Origin: Sphyrna mokarran
Lineage: Eukaryota
DNA: 64,000 bases
Assembly: GCA_024679065.1 (NCBI GenBank)
Contig: JAGIQG010000004.1
Coordinates: 54,994,001-55,058,000 of the forward strand
Reading direction: 5' to 3'
Shown: one piece after another, positions 1-13,566 of the stretch
Layout of the letters: each line of letters opens with the position of its first letter
Numbering within the stretch: the first letter of the stretch is position 1
Notes under the pieces: generated by a model
What the model was told of the DNA's origin: nothing
Database searches by the model: none
What the model saw: only the letters and a program-made list of their open reading frames with translations
Program-made: the position numbers and the translations under genes

Positions 1-450
1 TTATGTTCAGATCTCGTCACCTCATAAAAGAAGGACGTGGAAGCATTGGAAAGAGTGCAGAGGAGATTTACCAGAATACTGACTGGTTTGGAGTTTAGGT
101 CTTGTGAGGAAAGGCTGAGGGAGCTAGGGCTTTTCTTTTTGAAACGGAGGAGAATGAGAAGCGACTTAATAGAGGTTGATAAGACGATGAGAGGGATTGA
201 TAGAGTGGATGTGCAGAGACGATTTGCTGGGTGGGTGTAACTATTACCAGGAGGCATAACTATGAGGTTCATGATGGGAGGTTTTGGAAGGATATCCAAG
301 GTAGATTCTTTGCTCAGATAGTGGTTGGGTGTGGAATAGACTTCCTGCTGTGATAGTGGAGTCAGACACTTTAGGAACTTTCAAGCAATTATTGGATAGG
401 CACACAGAGCACACCACAATGATAGGGAGGGGATATCTTGATCTTGGGAT
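1..450 (+). mobile_element. CR1 LINE 3' end
   Basis: ORF 37..240 [14 protein letters not shown]...RLRELGLF is the CR1 ORF2 C-terminus; similar to 47780-48230. Confidence 0.85.
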
Positions 451-460
451 TGGACATAGC

Positions 461-3400
461 TCCCCCATGAAGTCATCTATGCCATTTCCATAAACGACAG
501 ATAATAGAGGACCCAACACGGATCCCTGTGGTATGCAAATCGACTATGGCTTCCAATCACTAAAGCAGCCTTCTGTCATCTCTCTCATACAATATACTCA
601 ATTCTGAATCCACTTTACCAAATTGTCCGGTATCTCATGCACATTTACCTTCTTTAAGAGTCTCTTACGTGGAACATTGTCAAAGGCTTTGCTTCATCCT
701 TTTTAACTACGTCAACAGCACTGGTATAAACACCTGGTAACCACCTCAAAACATTTCTTCACATTTGTTAAGCATGAACCCCCTGACGAAGCAACAAAGA
801 TTATTCAAACAGACATAGATACTCGCTTTCAGAATTTTCTCCAAATGTTTCCCCTGCTAATGGCGTAAAACTCACTGACAGATAGTTATTTGCATTATTT
901 TAAGAACCCTTCTTAAATATTGGAACCACATTTGCTGTTCTCCAGTCATCTGACAACTCCCCCGTGGCTAGAAAGGAATTGAAAATTTGGGTCAGAACTC
1001 CTGCAATCTCCTTCCTTGTCTCCCAAAGCAGTCTAGGGCTCAATCCATCCGGGCCTGGAGATTTATTCTCTTTTAAGACTGCCAACACTTCCAATACCTT
1101 GTCCTTCCCTATGTCAATTTGCTCAAGAACCTCACAGCCTCTTTCCCTGAATCCTACACTATTGTCCTCATTGTCTTGGGTGATGACGAATTCATTCAAC
1201 CTCTACAAATGTCCTCTGGTATCACTTATGATTGCCCTCTTGGGCCCCACTCTTTCCCTGGTTGACATCTTCCCATTGATATTGTTGTGAATATCTTGAG
1301 ATTTTCTTTTCTTTTACCAGACTGAAATTTCCCATACCTCCTCGGTTCTTTGCTAATTGCTTCTATAAACTCTAACCTGCACTTCCTGAGCCTTACTAAT
1401 GTCTCCATTGATTTGCTCCCGTTCTACTTTTTAAAAAGGCTTTCCTTTCCTTCTCATTTTTTTTGTGAATATCTCTGGTCATCCATGGTTCTGTTGGCTT
1501 TTTATGCCTTCCTATCTCCCTACGGAGAACATGCAGGCACTGCACCCTCTCCATTTCATTTTTGAATGTTTCCACCCCGCCCCACTGCTTTTTGGAAGAT
1601 TTTGTCATTAGTTGTCTACCTTTCCCAGTTCACCTTGGCTAGGTCTTGAACTATTTTACTAAAATCCGCTCATCCCAATCTAAAGCCTTTTTTGCAGCCT
1701 GTTTATTTCCTTCTACATGACAAGTTTGAATTGTACTATGTTGTGATCTCTATCACGAAAGTGCCCCCTTACCAGTTCCTCAACGTCTTGTTTGGCTTAA
1801 TTCCACATAATTGGCTCTAGCATAGATCCTTCCCTTGTTGGACCCTCTACATATTGAAGTGCAAAGTTCTCCTGCACATATTTCAAGTATTCTATTCTAT
1901 CCAAGGCCTTAACTCTATGTATATTCCATTTAATGTTGGAAAAGTTAAAATCTTCTAATATAATAATCATATTGATATTGTTTTTCACATATCCGCAACT
2001 TGAGCACACATTTTTCCCCAATATCCCTCTCATATCTGTGGGCCTATAATAACGACCTAACAATATGGCTGTCCATATTCTATTCTTAAGTTCTGCCCAC
2101 AAATTTTCATCAGATCACCTTTCCAAAATTGGTTTTTTAGTTAATCATGCGATGCTTCCTCCTCTTTTATCTTCTCCCCTGTCTGATCTGAAGATTCTAT
2201 ATCCCAGATGTTGAATTGCCAATCATGCCCTTCCTTCAATCGTGTCCCTGCGATGACCGCTGTGTTACATTATGTATGTGCCAATCAACTCAACCGAATC
2301 AACCGATTCAAGGACAGGTACTTGCCTGTTATCATCAGACTTTTGAATGGGGCCCCTCTCATACTGTGTTGATCAGTAGTTACTTCCTAGTCATGACTAT
2401 AACATTACGTCTCCTTTCCTTCTTTCTTCCTCTACGTACGATATGCTTTAGTTGTATAGCATGCAACAAATAATACTTGTCATTGTATAATAACACATAT
2501 GACAATAATAAACTTAATCAAAATTATCAACTTCAATTCATCCGTTTTACATTCAATTCACATGGCGTTAAAGTAGAGACCATCCAACCTGGCCTTACTC
2601 ACTTGAAAATTAATATAGTTGTAACCCCTCTGACTTGCTTGTTTTACTTGCTTGTATGATTTGGTGCCCTTATTCTGTGCTCTCCACCGCGCCTCCCGCG
2701 CAACCTTACCCCCGCCACATTAATTTTAATTCAGCCCAACAACACTAGCAAGAATGTTACTTCCAGTCTGATTCAGACATAGAATGCCTGTTTGTACAGG
2801 TCCTACCTTCCCCATAAATTGTCCCAGTGATCCAGGAGGCTAAAACCTTCCTTCTGCACCAACTCTTAAGCCACGTATTAACCTGCACCATCCGACTATT
2901 TCTCTGTTCGCTACCTCATGGCATTCGGATTTCAACCCGAGAGGTCTTGCTTTTTAATCTAATGCCTATATCCCTGAATACCTGATGCAAGACCTCACCT
3001 CTCTTTCTATCATTGATACCAATATGTACCATGACTTCGGCCTAATCACTCTCGCACTTCAATATACACTGCAACCGTTCAGGAACATCACGGACCCTAG
3101 CACTACGGAGGCTATCGAGCATCCTGGACTCATGTTGATGGATACGTAAGTGCCTGTCTCTCACCCGTTTATAAAACCTCCTATTAGCACTGCGCTACTA
3201 CAGTCCCTTTCCCCTCCTGCACAGATAGACTGTTTGGGGTCTCAGAAGCTTGGCTCTGCTAACACCACCCGCAGGAACCAGCGCCCTCTTCAGGCTCAAA
3301 AATAGAACACCGATTTGGAAGCGAGACACCCGGGGACTCCTGAACTACCTGCCTACAACTCTTGGACTGCCTGATGATCACCCATTCCTTTCCTTCCTCA

Positions 3401-3650
3401 AATTCCTTCAGCTGCAGTGCAACCACCTTCCAAAATGCGCTATCCACAATGTTCTAAGAATCGCGGGTGCTCCACGATGTCTCCAGCTTCGGTTCCAACT
3501 CCGAAACCCGAGATTCAAGGATGTGCAGCTGCACCCTTTTTAGCACACTTGCTGGCCCCCGGCACTGAAAATGCGCCCGGCCTCCCACATAGAGCAAGAA
3601 AAGCAAACGGCAACTCCGAGCTCTATCACATTGCAGAGATTGTTTTGGAC
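461..3650 (-). mobile_element. Degraded CR1 LINE retaining ORF1 (Zn-finger/zipper plus esterase), endonuclease and N-terminal RT regions
   Basis: Minus-strand peptides CFSCSMWE...VQLHILESRVSELE, ARVRDV...MVHIGIND, LYFNA, WAELKN, KSPGPDG...DWRTANVVPIFKKG and LGPLL. Many stops and frameshifts. Confidence 0.85.
2275..2520 (+). mobile_element. Rex1/Babar-type LINE 3' fragment inserted in the CR1
   Basis: NRFK..YxxVxIRLLN-like terminus plus a 3' tail matching 48440-48670; the CR1 endonuclease frame resumes on both sides. Confidence 0.65.
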
Positions 3651-3789
3651 AGGTGCCCTTACATTGGAAGAAATGAAATGCAACCCCTTTATTCAAAGAG
3701 AGCTGGAAAGAGAAAACGTCGAATAAGAAGCAAGTTAACCTGATCTCAGGAATAGGGTAAACCTAAAATCCATTGGAAAGAACATGCTA

Positions 3790-4660
3790 ACAGGGCAAGT
3801 AGAAACTTAGGCACAGCTTATTCAGATTGATGAAAGGAGCCTGGTGTTTGACGAGTTTTTCAGACAGTTGTAGGTTGTAACGAGTAAGACGGATAATTAA
3901 TGGCTTTGGTACAGTTGAACACTCAAAAACAAAATAGCCCTTATGCACAAGATGATAAGCGAATAAACTGTACTACCTTGGAAGGGTGTACTGAATGAAA
4001 TTGGCTGAAAGATGTATCAACAGAGAGGAAAAAGAGCTTAGAAATATACTGGCAGGTTTGGCAGGTTATAACTAAAACAACACCGTGAGAGTCAGTGCTT
4101 GCACTTGACAATTTGCAATATATGTCATCAACAGAGCTGACTGGGTTCAATGCAGTGATCCTTTTTTAGGCGGCACAATGTTACATGAGAAGGGCGCAAA
4201 AAACATTGCAAAGGAATATAAGCTGAAGTGAGTGCTGAAGAAAATTGCGGGTGAGAAGCAATGTTTGGAAATGTGAAGTTATCCATGCTGCAGGGAACAA
4301 AAAACGAAAAGCATTATATATTTTAAACCTGAGAGAATCAGAAACGCTCTAATTTCAAAGGACTTGGGCGTCATTTTGCCCCAGTGACCGAATGCTAACG
4401 TTCACTACGGGAAAGCAAGAACTATGTCGATCGTTATTGCGATTGGATTGTTGTATACGTGTAAAACTCCTTTTTTTTCCTACTAGTCCACAATGTCTTG
4501 TTCAGACAACATCTACCGTCCCTGGAGTACTGTGTGCAATTTTGTTTTTCACATCTCCATGAATGTATCATTAACTTAAGACGGTCTGCAATATATGTGT
4601 ACTGAATTTGTTCACGTGACGACGGCATTGTTCTATGTGAGAAACAGCAGTAATCTTGAC
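3790..4660 (+). mobile_element. Old degraded CR1 RT fragment (paralog at about 28000-28900)
   Basis: Residual motifs (AAATGTGAAGTTATCCA, GGAGTACTGTGTGCAATTTTG); aligns to the second duplication unit. Confidence 0.6.
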
Positions 4661-5655
4661 TAGATATTGAACTATTTTACTAAAATCCAGTCATGCCAAT
4701 CTAAAACCTTTTTTTGCAGGTTGTTTATTTCCTTCTACATAACAAGTTTGAGTTGTACCATGTTGTGACCTCTATCACTAAAGTGCTCCCCCACCAGTTC
4801 CTCAACATCTTGTTCTGCTTAATTCCACATAATTGGGTCTAGTGTAGAATCTTGCCTTGTTGGACACTCTATATATTGAATTGCAAAGTTCTCCTGCACG
4901 TATTTCAAGTAATTTATTCTATCCAAGCCCTTAACTCTATGTATATTTCATTTAATGTTGGGAAAGTTAAAATCACCTAGATAATAACCATATTGATATT
5001 GTTTTTCACATATCCGCAGCTTGAGCACATATTTTCTCGTCAATACCCCTCTCATATCTGCGGGTCTATAACAACGACCTAACAATGTGGCTGTCCCTGT
5101 TCTATTCTTAAGCTCTGCCCATAAATTTCCATCAGATCCCCTTTCCAAAATTGGTTTCTTAGTTAATCATGCAATGCCTCCTCCTCTTTTATCTTCTCCC
5201 CTGTTCGATCTGAAGACCCTATATCCCAGATGTTGAGTTGCCAATCGTGCCCTTCCTTCATTCATGTCCCTTCGATGACCACTGTATTACATTATGTATG
5301 TGCCAATCAACTCAACCGAATCAACCGATTCAAGACCAGCTACTTTGCTGTTACCATCAGACTTTTGAATGGGACCCATCTCATACTGAGTTACTCAGAA
5401 TTTACATCCTACCCATGACTGTAATACTACATTTTATACCCTTTCCTTTCCTTCTTTACGTACGATATGCTTTACTTGTATAGCATGCAGCAAATAATGC
5501 TTTTCATTGTACAATAACACATATGGCAATAGTAAACTTAATCAAAGGGGTTGCAGCTGTATTAATTTTCAAGTAAGTAAGGCCAGGTTGGATGGTCTCT
5601 ACTTTAACGCCAGGAGAATTGCAGTTAAAACGGATGAATTGAACTTGATAACTTT
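4660..5655. repeat. Local ~1-kb duplicate of 1640-2628 with the last ~109 bp inverted
   Basis: Direct similarity from TGAACTATTTTACTAAAATCC through the CR1/Rex1 junction; 5547-5655 is the reverse complement of 2520-2628. Confidence 0.85.
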
Positions 5656-7271
5656 AAAATAACCAGGGGTCTATGAAGCCACCCTCTGGCAAATGCTGTC
5701 AAAATGCTGTCAAAGTCAGTCACTCTGGAATTCGGCGCTTTTGTCAAGTTTGGACAGAGTCTGCAATGACAATGAGAGCCGGCTGCTCCGGCAAGGAAGC
5801 CAAATTGGGCACCAGAACATTGCTGAACAACTGTCGCTTATCCGCACTATTGATGACAGATTGCGTTACAATTTCGATGATTTAGTGTAGAATGATAGGG
5901 TTCAATTGGGCGGCTAGTTTTACTCCCGCGAAATAAGTTGACTGTTGTAGAAAAAATGACGACTGGAAAGAATGACGTATATGTTTAATGATTTATAGCC
6001 CAAGGCCGCACAGGCAAATTCCAAGGACTGTAAACAAAAGTCCGCAAATAAATAGTGCTGCTATTTTGTTGTAAGTTGACATCTTTGAAATATGGAAAGC
6101 GTTCGTCCAAAATTGCTCTCTTTCTTACTTTAGCCTTGCATGGAGCAATTTAAACAGACGGATAAATGCATCCGTTTGAAAAGGCGACAAATTGAAAGAA
6201 ATGCCCAAATTTCATTAACTAAATTATCTTTTAGTTTAGGATTTATTGCCACAGATCACACTTAAGAATGAGCTTGATTTGAAACTTGGTACTGGTCTGT
6301 TTCTAATCATTTTATGTGGCAGCAATGAACTGAACATCAGATCAAAGGTAAACCTAGCCATTTAGGAAATGAGAGTTACGATTTAACTGCTCACGACAGA
6401 GAAAATAAATAATTATCCGGATACTATTCCAAATAGCAGCGAAAGCAATCGAAGTAGCTCTGGTCCAAAGCCCTGTTCATAAAATCAAAGCTATGTGTGT
6501 TCTCACCGGCATGGTTGAAAACAAACGTAGTAACGTTACATCAACTTAAACAGAGTTGAGAAAAAATGAGCAGCACGAGAGCAGTGCGTTTAGAAAGTTG
6601 CTGTCTTCTTCCTACCGCCTACACTACTCTTAATTCTACTAACCTGTTATCATCTGAAAAAAATTACACGTAGGCAAATAAATCAACCTATAGCAGAAGA
6701 AAATTAATGAATTTACTTCCTTATTCTGACCCCAGCTATGTTGACCGGCTCAATCGAAAAGCCTACTGACACCAATACCCGTTTAGATGAGCACATAGAA
6801 TTCCAAGGCCAGTTGTGCAAATATAGAGTTACATAAACCAAACACCTTCTGGAAAGCAAAAGCAAGAACAGGAGGGTCAAAGTCACAATCAACTTTCTGA
6901 GTTCTTCGTAGTTACTCGCAATATATTTAAATATGTTTTTTATCTCTGCCAAGGTAAAAAAAAATCGATATAAAACTTTACAGTCAAGAAGATCAATAGC
7001 AAGTATCCAACGGAAAATACAGGTGAATATTACAAATTGCCAAACAGCAATTATAATTGCAGTTAATAAAACTAGACTATAATCTTGTGAAGCATATTAA
7101 TTAACAGTGAATGAAATATTTTCTGGTTCGTGGGAAGATACATACAAAGGAACATAGGAGACAGAAATAGGCCATTCAATTCTTCGAACCTGCTGCACCA
7201 TTTTATGAGATTATGGCTGATCGTCCGTATCAAGGTAATTTTTTTTTCGCACGATTCCCATATTCCTTAAG

Positions 7272-7410
7272 ACAGAAAGGCAAAATACAGCGGACGCTGG
7301 AATCAGAAACAAAAGCAGAAAATGCGGGGGTACCTCAGAAGGTCTGACAACATCTTTGGAGAGAGAATGGAGCTAAGATTTTGAGTCTGGATAACCTTTC
7401 GTCAGGGCTC
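7272..7410 (-). mobile_element. Penelope-derived short element inserted in a CR1 3' fragment (about 7135-7570)
   Basis: Minus strand reads CTGACGAAAGGTTATCCAGACTCAAAAATCTTAGCTCC (decayed hammerhead core). Flanked by TATT(C/T)CTTAA repeats; absent from the paralogous site at about 32480. Confidence 0.55.
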
Positions 7411-9389
7411 AAATATTTCTTAATATATTCACTGTTTAGAAATATTTTGGTCTCTGTTTTGAGCACCTCAGTGACATTAGAGTTCTCCGAGGTAGAGCAT
7501 TCTAAAGATTTGTCACGCTCTGACTGAAAAAAATTACTCCTCATCTTAGACCTAAAATGTCTATCCTTATTATGAAGCAGCATATTTTGCTTCAATGGGC
7601 GGGCATTCACCCTCACGGATGCCACCCATGCTCACAAGCGAAAATCATCATTAATATTAGTAATTAAGTAAAAAACAGACTTGCAATTGGGTAGGATCTG
7701 TATTTTACATTTACGTATTTCATGTTGCATGCAATATCTTTGAAATTAGACCAAAATAATAAACCAAAGATTCCAGCAATTTATACACATTTTCATACAG
7801 AAGTGTAATGAGCAATTGATGAGTAGTGAACTTCCGTTGCCAATTTTGCATATCAACTGGACATCCCCGACACATTAATGTGAGTTGCGTGTGACGCAGA
7901 ATATCTGGAAAAATTACACTAATATTGTCTAAACGGAACCAAAGTTTTGTCATCTTGCACATCTCAAACAGATGCCGGAATGTGATGACCAGGGAATTTT
8001 AACAGTAACTTAATTGCTGTATGAATGTAAGATTACCTGTGACACTAAGAAATAAACAACAAGATGTCTTAATATACAAGTGCTACTTAATTTAGATATA
8101 GTTTGATTCCTTCAGAGAAACTTCACAACTTCTTATCTTGGTTTGTATACTGCCCTGCTTTAATTGGTAAATGATTCATTATTGTTTAAAACTGGATGGA
8201 TTAGTACATGGAAATAATTAAAAATGGTATAGTTGATCTTTGCTATGCCTTCCTCAATTCTATTCCACAATTGAGCATCTAAATTAAAATTCTACCCACT
8301 TCATAACAGTTCATGCCCCATTTGTGTCATTTGCTTTGTGTCACCCACAATATCGTACCTCAGTGGAAATCACCAGTTTGAACCACCTGTTGCCAATCTT
8401 ATTGCGATCCTAAAGTTGACTGATTGTTGAAAATTGAAGCAAGTGTTTCAGTATTTGGTGCAAACTGTGTTTTGTAAAAATACTGGCACAGTCAACTGAT
8501 CCAATATGGCATTTACCACTTAAACGTTGAAAGTGGTAAATTTGATGGTGAGGAACGTTTCAGGACTTGACGTTATGTTTCATGCAATGAATGAATGTTC
8601 TACAGTTTTTCAAATTGCTAATATATCTGCAAATTAAATAAAAAGAAAACAGGAGTTAGCGATTAATCTCTATCAAAATGGAAGATTACAAAATAATACC
8701 ATGGTAGAAATGAATGTGTAAAGATAAAGATGGGCGGTCTAGCAATGTATTACTCAAAGCCAACTAGCATAATATTCTACTGCTTTTATTAGACAGATGT
8801 TTCTGATATTTTGATTTGAATGTTGCAAAACCAAGAAGAGAGCTTGCGCAGTAAGATGTTACATTCATCCCTTTCATCCCATTGTGGCTACACGGCAATG
8901 TTTCATAATTTGATTAAATCAGTAGCGTCGCGAAGATATATGTGTTTATAATCCCTTCACGCTGGAGTTCTGGTCAGGAAGCCTCGGTTTTCTTCGTGCC
9001 ATTGTTAATATTAAGTCATCCGGTAAAACTCGCTGCCAAACAGCCGTGTACCATAAACCGTTTACTGGTTATGAAGAAATACGCTGTAAATCCAATGATA
9101 TCAGTCACAAAAAACAATAAGTCAATTGGTAGTTTTCTGTCTGGTGCGAGAATTGATTGTCGCAAGAGAAGCGTACTCGCGGTCTTGCCATCGAAGTTGT
9201 GCCACTAACAGAACACTAACCTGTTGTTTCCTGATCGAAGAATTGCAAAAACTGTGGTTGTGTAATGTTTATGCGACTACCTCCAATCCAACGAATTTTG
9301 CTGGAAATCTGAAGTAGAGAATTTGAAATCAGATTTTAAAATATAACTAGCAACATGATTTGGAAAAGTTCGTTTCAAGCAAACTATTG

Positions 9390-9780
9390 TTTTGTGATGT
9401 TTGGATGCGGGATGTCTCTGGCTGAGCCTTTGCTAATTACCCTTGAACTGGGTGGCGTGCTAGGTCGTTTTTGCGGGCTGTTTAGAGTCAACCCCATATT
9501 GTTGTAGACTCGGATCACACTTGCGCGAAACCGGGTAAAGATGGCAGATTTACTTCTCTAAATGCCATCAGTGAACCAGAAGACATTTACAACAGCCAAC
9601 AATGAATGGTTTCACAGCTGGCATTCGAATTTTAATTCCAAGTTTCCTTTAATCATTTAATTCAAACTGACTTCATCGGTTGTGCTCCAATTCGAACCCT
9701 GGTCCTCGGCACATTATCCTGGGTCCCTGGAATAGTAGTGGCAATATCACAGCCCCAGTGTGCTATTGTTGCCTCCCCTA
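9390..9780 (-). mobile_element. tRNA-derived SINE (Deu-domain type)
   Basis: B-box GGGTTCGAATTGG on the minus strand; body shared with 58420-58630 and 44450-44570. Confidence 0.6.
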
Positions 9781-10559
9781 TAGACGAAGCGGTTTGCTAA
9801 TCATCTTTCCGTTAGAGAAACATACATAACCTCTGGACTAGATATGACCCCATTCCTAACCTATTATGATGGACTCTGATCTGTCCTCTGAAAAGCGAAA
9901 GTAACGCAATGAGATGTAACAAAACTTCAAGCACAACAGCATGTACATCAAAATAAACCAATGAGCCAAAATAAACCAATGCACTAGCAAAACGAAGATA
10001 GAAACCTACTCACTAAATGCCAGTGAACCTCCTGTTCAAAAATGAAGCAGTTTTATTTTAAACAAATATGCACACTTTCCACCCGTTGCCCTTCTGCTCT
10101 TGAAAGTTATTCAGATGAGTGTTCTTTGGCGCCATTAGGCCCTGTACTCCATTCAAGCTGAACGAACTAACCGCTCTACATCCCTGTGTCCCAATAGAGA
10201 ACTGAGAAGTCTCTTAAGAATCAGAGGCGACTTTTGGCTTTATATTGTATATAGAATACACGGCAAGGATGGCATAATTCGCCTTTATAAGGAACCAGTT
10301 AGGCGTCAGCAGGTGTTACGTTCTAATGCATACCACGTTTTACAAAGGATGCTCAAGGCGCAGAGAGGTTGCAAAACGGATCTAAAGGAATAGTAGAATA
10401 CGACGATATGGGGACGTCAGTTGTAAAGAAAGATGACAAAAGCTGGAATCATTCTCCTTAACGTTTAGAGGGTTAACAGGAGATTTGCTAACTGTCTTCC
10501 CTATGATAAACAGTTTTAATAGATTAACTGAAGTGACGCTATTGCAGAAAAGTCGGTAA

Positions 10560-12560
10560 CCAGAACAGAAGAACTAAGAGCAGGATTACGCCATCTGGTC
10601 GTTTGAGTCTGCACCGCCATTCAATAAGGTCATGGCTGATCTTTTTGTGAACTCAGTTCCACTTACCCGCTCGTTCACCATAACCCTTAATTCCTTTACT
10701 GTTCAAAAATTTATCTATCCTTGCCTTAAAAACATTTAATGAGGTAGCCTCAACTGTTTCACTGGGCAGGGAATTTCAAAGATCACAACCTTTGTATGAA
10801 GAGGTTCTTCCTCAACAGTCTTAAATCTACTTCCCCTTATTTTGAGGCTATGCCCCCTAATTCTACTTTCACACGCCAGTGAAAACAATTTCCCTGCTTC
10901 TATCTTATCAATTCCCTTCACAAACTTATATGTTTCTATAAGATCTCCCTTCATTCTTCTCAATTGCAATCAGTAAAGCCCAATTTACTCAGTCTCCCCT
11001 CATAAGCCAACCCTTTCAACTCCAAAATCAACCAGTGAACCTCCGCAGCTTCTCCAGTACCAGTATATCCTTTCTCAAGTAAGGAGACCAAAACTGTACA
11101 CAGTACTCCAGATGTGGTCTCACCAGCACCATATACAGTTTACAGCATAAGTTCGCTGTTTTTAACTCCATCCCTCGAACAATGAAGGACAAAATTCAAT
11201 TTGCCTTCTTAATTACCTGCAGCACCTGCAAACCAACTCCTTGAGATTCCTGCACAAGGACACCCAGGTCCCTCTGCACAGCAGCATGTTGCAATTTTTA
11301 CCATTTAAATAATAGTTATTCTTACCAAAATGGATGACCTCACATTTACCAACATTGTACTCCATCTGTCAATTCCTTGTCCACTCACTTAGATTATTAG
11401 ATTGTCTATATCAATCTACAGTCTCTCAGCGTCCTCTGCACACTTTGTTTTTTCACCCAACTTAGTGTCCTCTGCCAATTTTTGATCCCCAAGCCCAAAT
11501 CATCTATATAAATCGTAAACAATTGTGGTCCCAACATTGATCCCTAAGCACATCACTAGTCATCAACCAGAAAAACACCCATTTATCCCCAACCTTTGCT
11601 TTCTGTTAGTTAACCATTTTTCTATCCATGCTAATACATTACCTGCAACCTTGTACATCTTTATCTTATGTAACAGTGTTTGGTGTGGCACCTTGTCAGA
11701 TGCCTTCTTGAAATCAAGATGCACCACATCCACAGGTTTCCCATTGTCCACTGCACATATAATGTTCTCAACCAATTCCACCAAATTAATCATTCATTAC
11801 CTGCCCTTTATGAATCCATGCTACATCTTACTAATGGGACAATTTATATTCGGATGTCTTGCTATTTCTTCTCTGATGATAGATTCAAGTATTTTCCCCA
11901 CTACAGAACTTAAGCTAACTGGCCTATTGTTACTTGCCTTTTGTCTACCTCCTTTTTTAAACAGTGGTGTCACATTTGCAGTTTTCCAACCTGCAAGAAC
12001 CATCCCAGAGTCCAGCGAATTTTGCCACTAGAAATAGCATTTGCTATTTCTCCTGTCAATTCTATTAGTACTCTGGGATGCATTCTATCAGGACCAAGAT
12101 ATTTGTCTACTTTTGGCCTCATTTAACTTGCTCAGCAGTACCTCTTTCATGATAATGATAGTTTCTCGGTTCTCGCCTGCCTAGCTTTCCTGCCTTCAAT
12201 TTTTGGCAAGTTATTTGCATTTTCCACCGTGAAGACTGACACAAACTACATGTTCAATGCCTCAGCCATTTCTCATTTCCAGTTATTACATCCCACTTCT
12301 CGTCCTCTACAGGACCAATGTTTACTTTAGCCATGCTTTTTCGTTTTATATATTTCGTTTTATATATAAATTTTTGCTATCTGTTTTTATATTCCGAGCA
12401 ACTTTACTCTCATAATTCATTTTATCTTTCTTTATAGCTTTTTTCGTGGCTTTCTGCTGACCTTTAAAGATTTTCCAATCCTCGAAGTTCCCATTAATCT
12501 TCACCACTTTGTGTGAATTTTCTTTCAATATGACACCCTCCTTTATTCCCTTAGATATCC
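10560..12560 (-). mobile_element. 5'-truncated CR1 LINE
   Basis: ORFs 10736..10969, 11563..11793 (VDVVHLDFKKASDKVPH), 11821..12003 and 12346..12645. Confidence 0.9.
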
Positions 12561-13379
12561 ATCGAGACGTGGATATTGGAAGACAGGGTTTAAAGGAACA
12601 GCACAAGATCAAAGATATCTGACGTTTCGAGTGAAAATATCCCACACATTAACCCTGTCCCCCGATTAACAAAGGTTAGTACAGCTCAAATGTTGCGAGA
12701 AGCACGACTCATAATATCATGCCAGCTTTTTGATTCAGATCGATTAAATCGACACAAAGCAGGAACCTACCACAGGCTGAATATCTGGTCCTTCCTTTGT
12801 TAAAGTATCATTTCTCTTTGCAATCATCTGAATGAGTGTTATTTTCCTCTGCTTCTCCTCGCAGCTCCAGCTATCACTAAACATTTTCGTGAACATTCTT
12901 GGCTGCTGGACTGAAGCACGTGGATTTGGGCCAAAATTTCAACTCTGGCTGAATGAAGCTAAAATTTTCCACAGCAATTCTGGTCTTGAGAAAGACATAT
13001 GAGCAGGATGATTAATTCGAATTGCTATTCCTGAGATTTTTGCGACAATTCTGGATGCGGGGAAGCTGTAGGAGATCTGGATGGCACTTAGCTCAGTGCG
13101 CCCAAAGCGATTTATTCGCTCACTTACACTGCCTACCCTCTTGCACGGAGAAAAATCCTTAGATGAGATGCTGCAGAATTGCCCACTCCTGCGGCCTGAA
13201 TGGATAATTGGAGAAATATGAAAATGATCAATGGTAGGTATTGACGAAGAAGATTATTAAAACATAGTTATGCAGGGGCAAGTGAAAAAGCATTGCTTTT
13301 CGCACGGAAACTTTGAAAGTTTAGGAGGAGGCCTCCAATTTCCTGGGCTCTTACCATTACCGACCACAATACACAACTT

Positions 13380-13412
13380 TGGCCATGTGATATCTCGTGT
13401 CTCGGTCACACA
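13380..13412 (+). promoter_or_regulatory. Candidate proximal promoter E-box module, gene 1
   Basis: CATGTGAT...GGTCAC located 128 nt before the ATG, positionally conserved in gene 2. Confidence 0.4.
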
Positions 13413-13511
13413 TTCTGTTTCTTTTTCATGAAATCGATTTCTTTGTCAAATCATTCAAGGCATCGTTGCTATTTGCTGCGAGTGGCAAACTTTTATTCTT
13501 CAATTTACAGC

Positions 13512-13566
13512 ATGTCGCTGAGACCTGCAGTTCAGAGTATGGTTCTTCTGTGGATGGTCTGGACAG
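13512..13566 (+). CDS. Gene 1 exon 1, signal peptide (MSLRPAVQSMVLLWMVWT-G)
   Basis: ATG at 13512, hydrophobic 18 codons, donor G|GTAC in phase 1. Same length (55 nt) and donor as the paralog exon 36031-36085. Confidence 0.85.

Noticed and set aside
6713-6952. Minus-strand ORF with hydrophobic LIVTLTLLFLLLLS, also hydrophobic in the paralog at about 32080-32130
   Set aside because: No conserved ATG, frame-breaking indels between the copies, and identity no higher than the surrounding duplicated non-coding DNA.
12928-13184. Possible MITE upstream of gene 1 (GGGCCAAAATTTC...AGAATTGCCC)
   Set aside because: The terminal repeats are too short and imperfect, and there is no clear TSD or second copy in the window.
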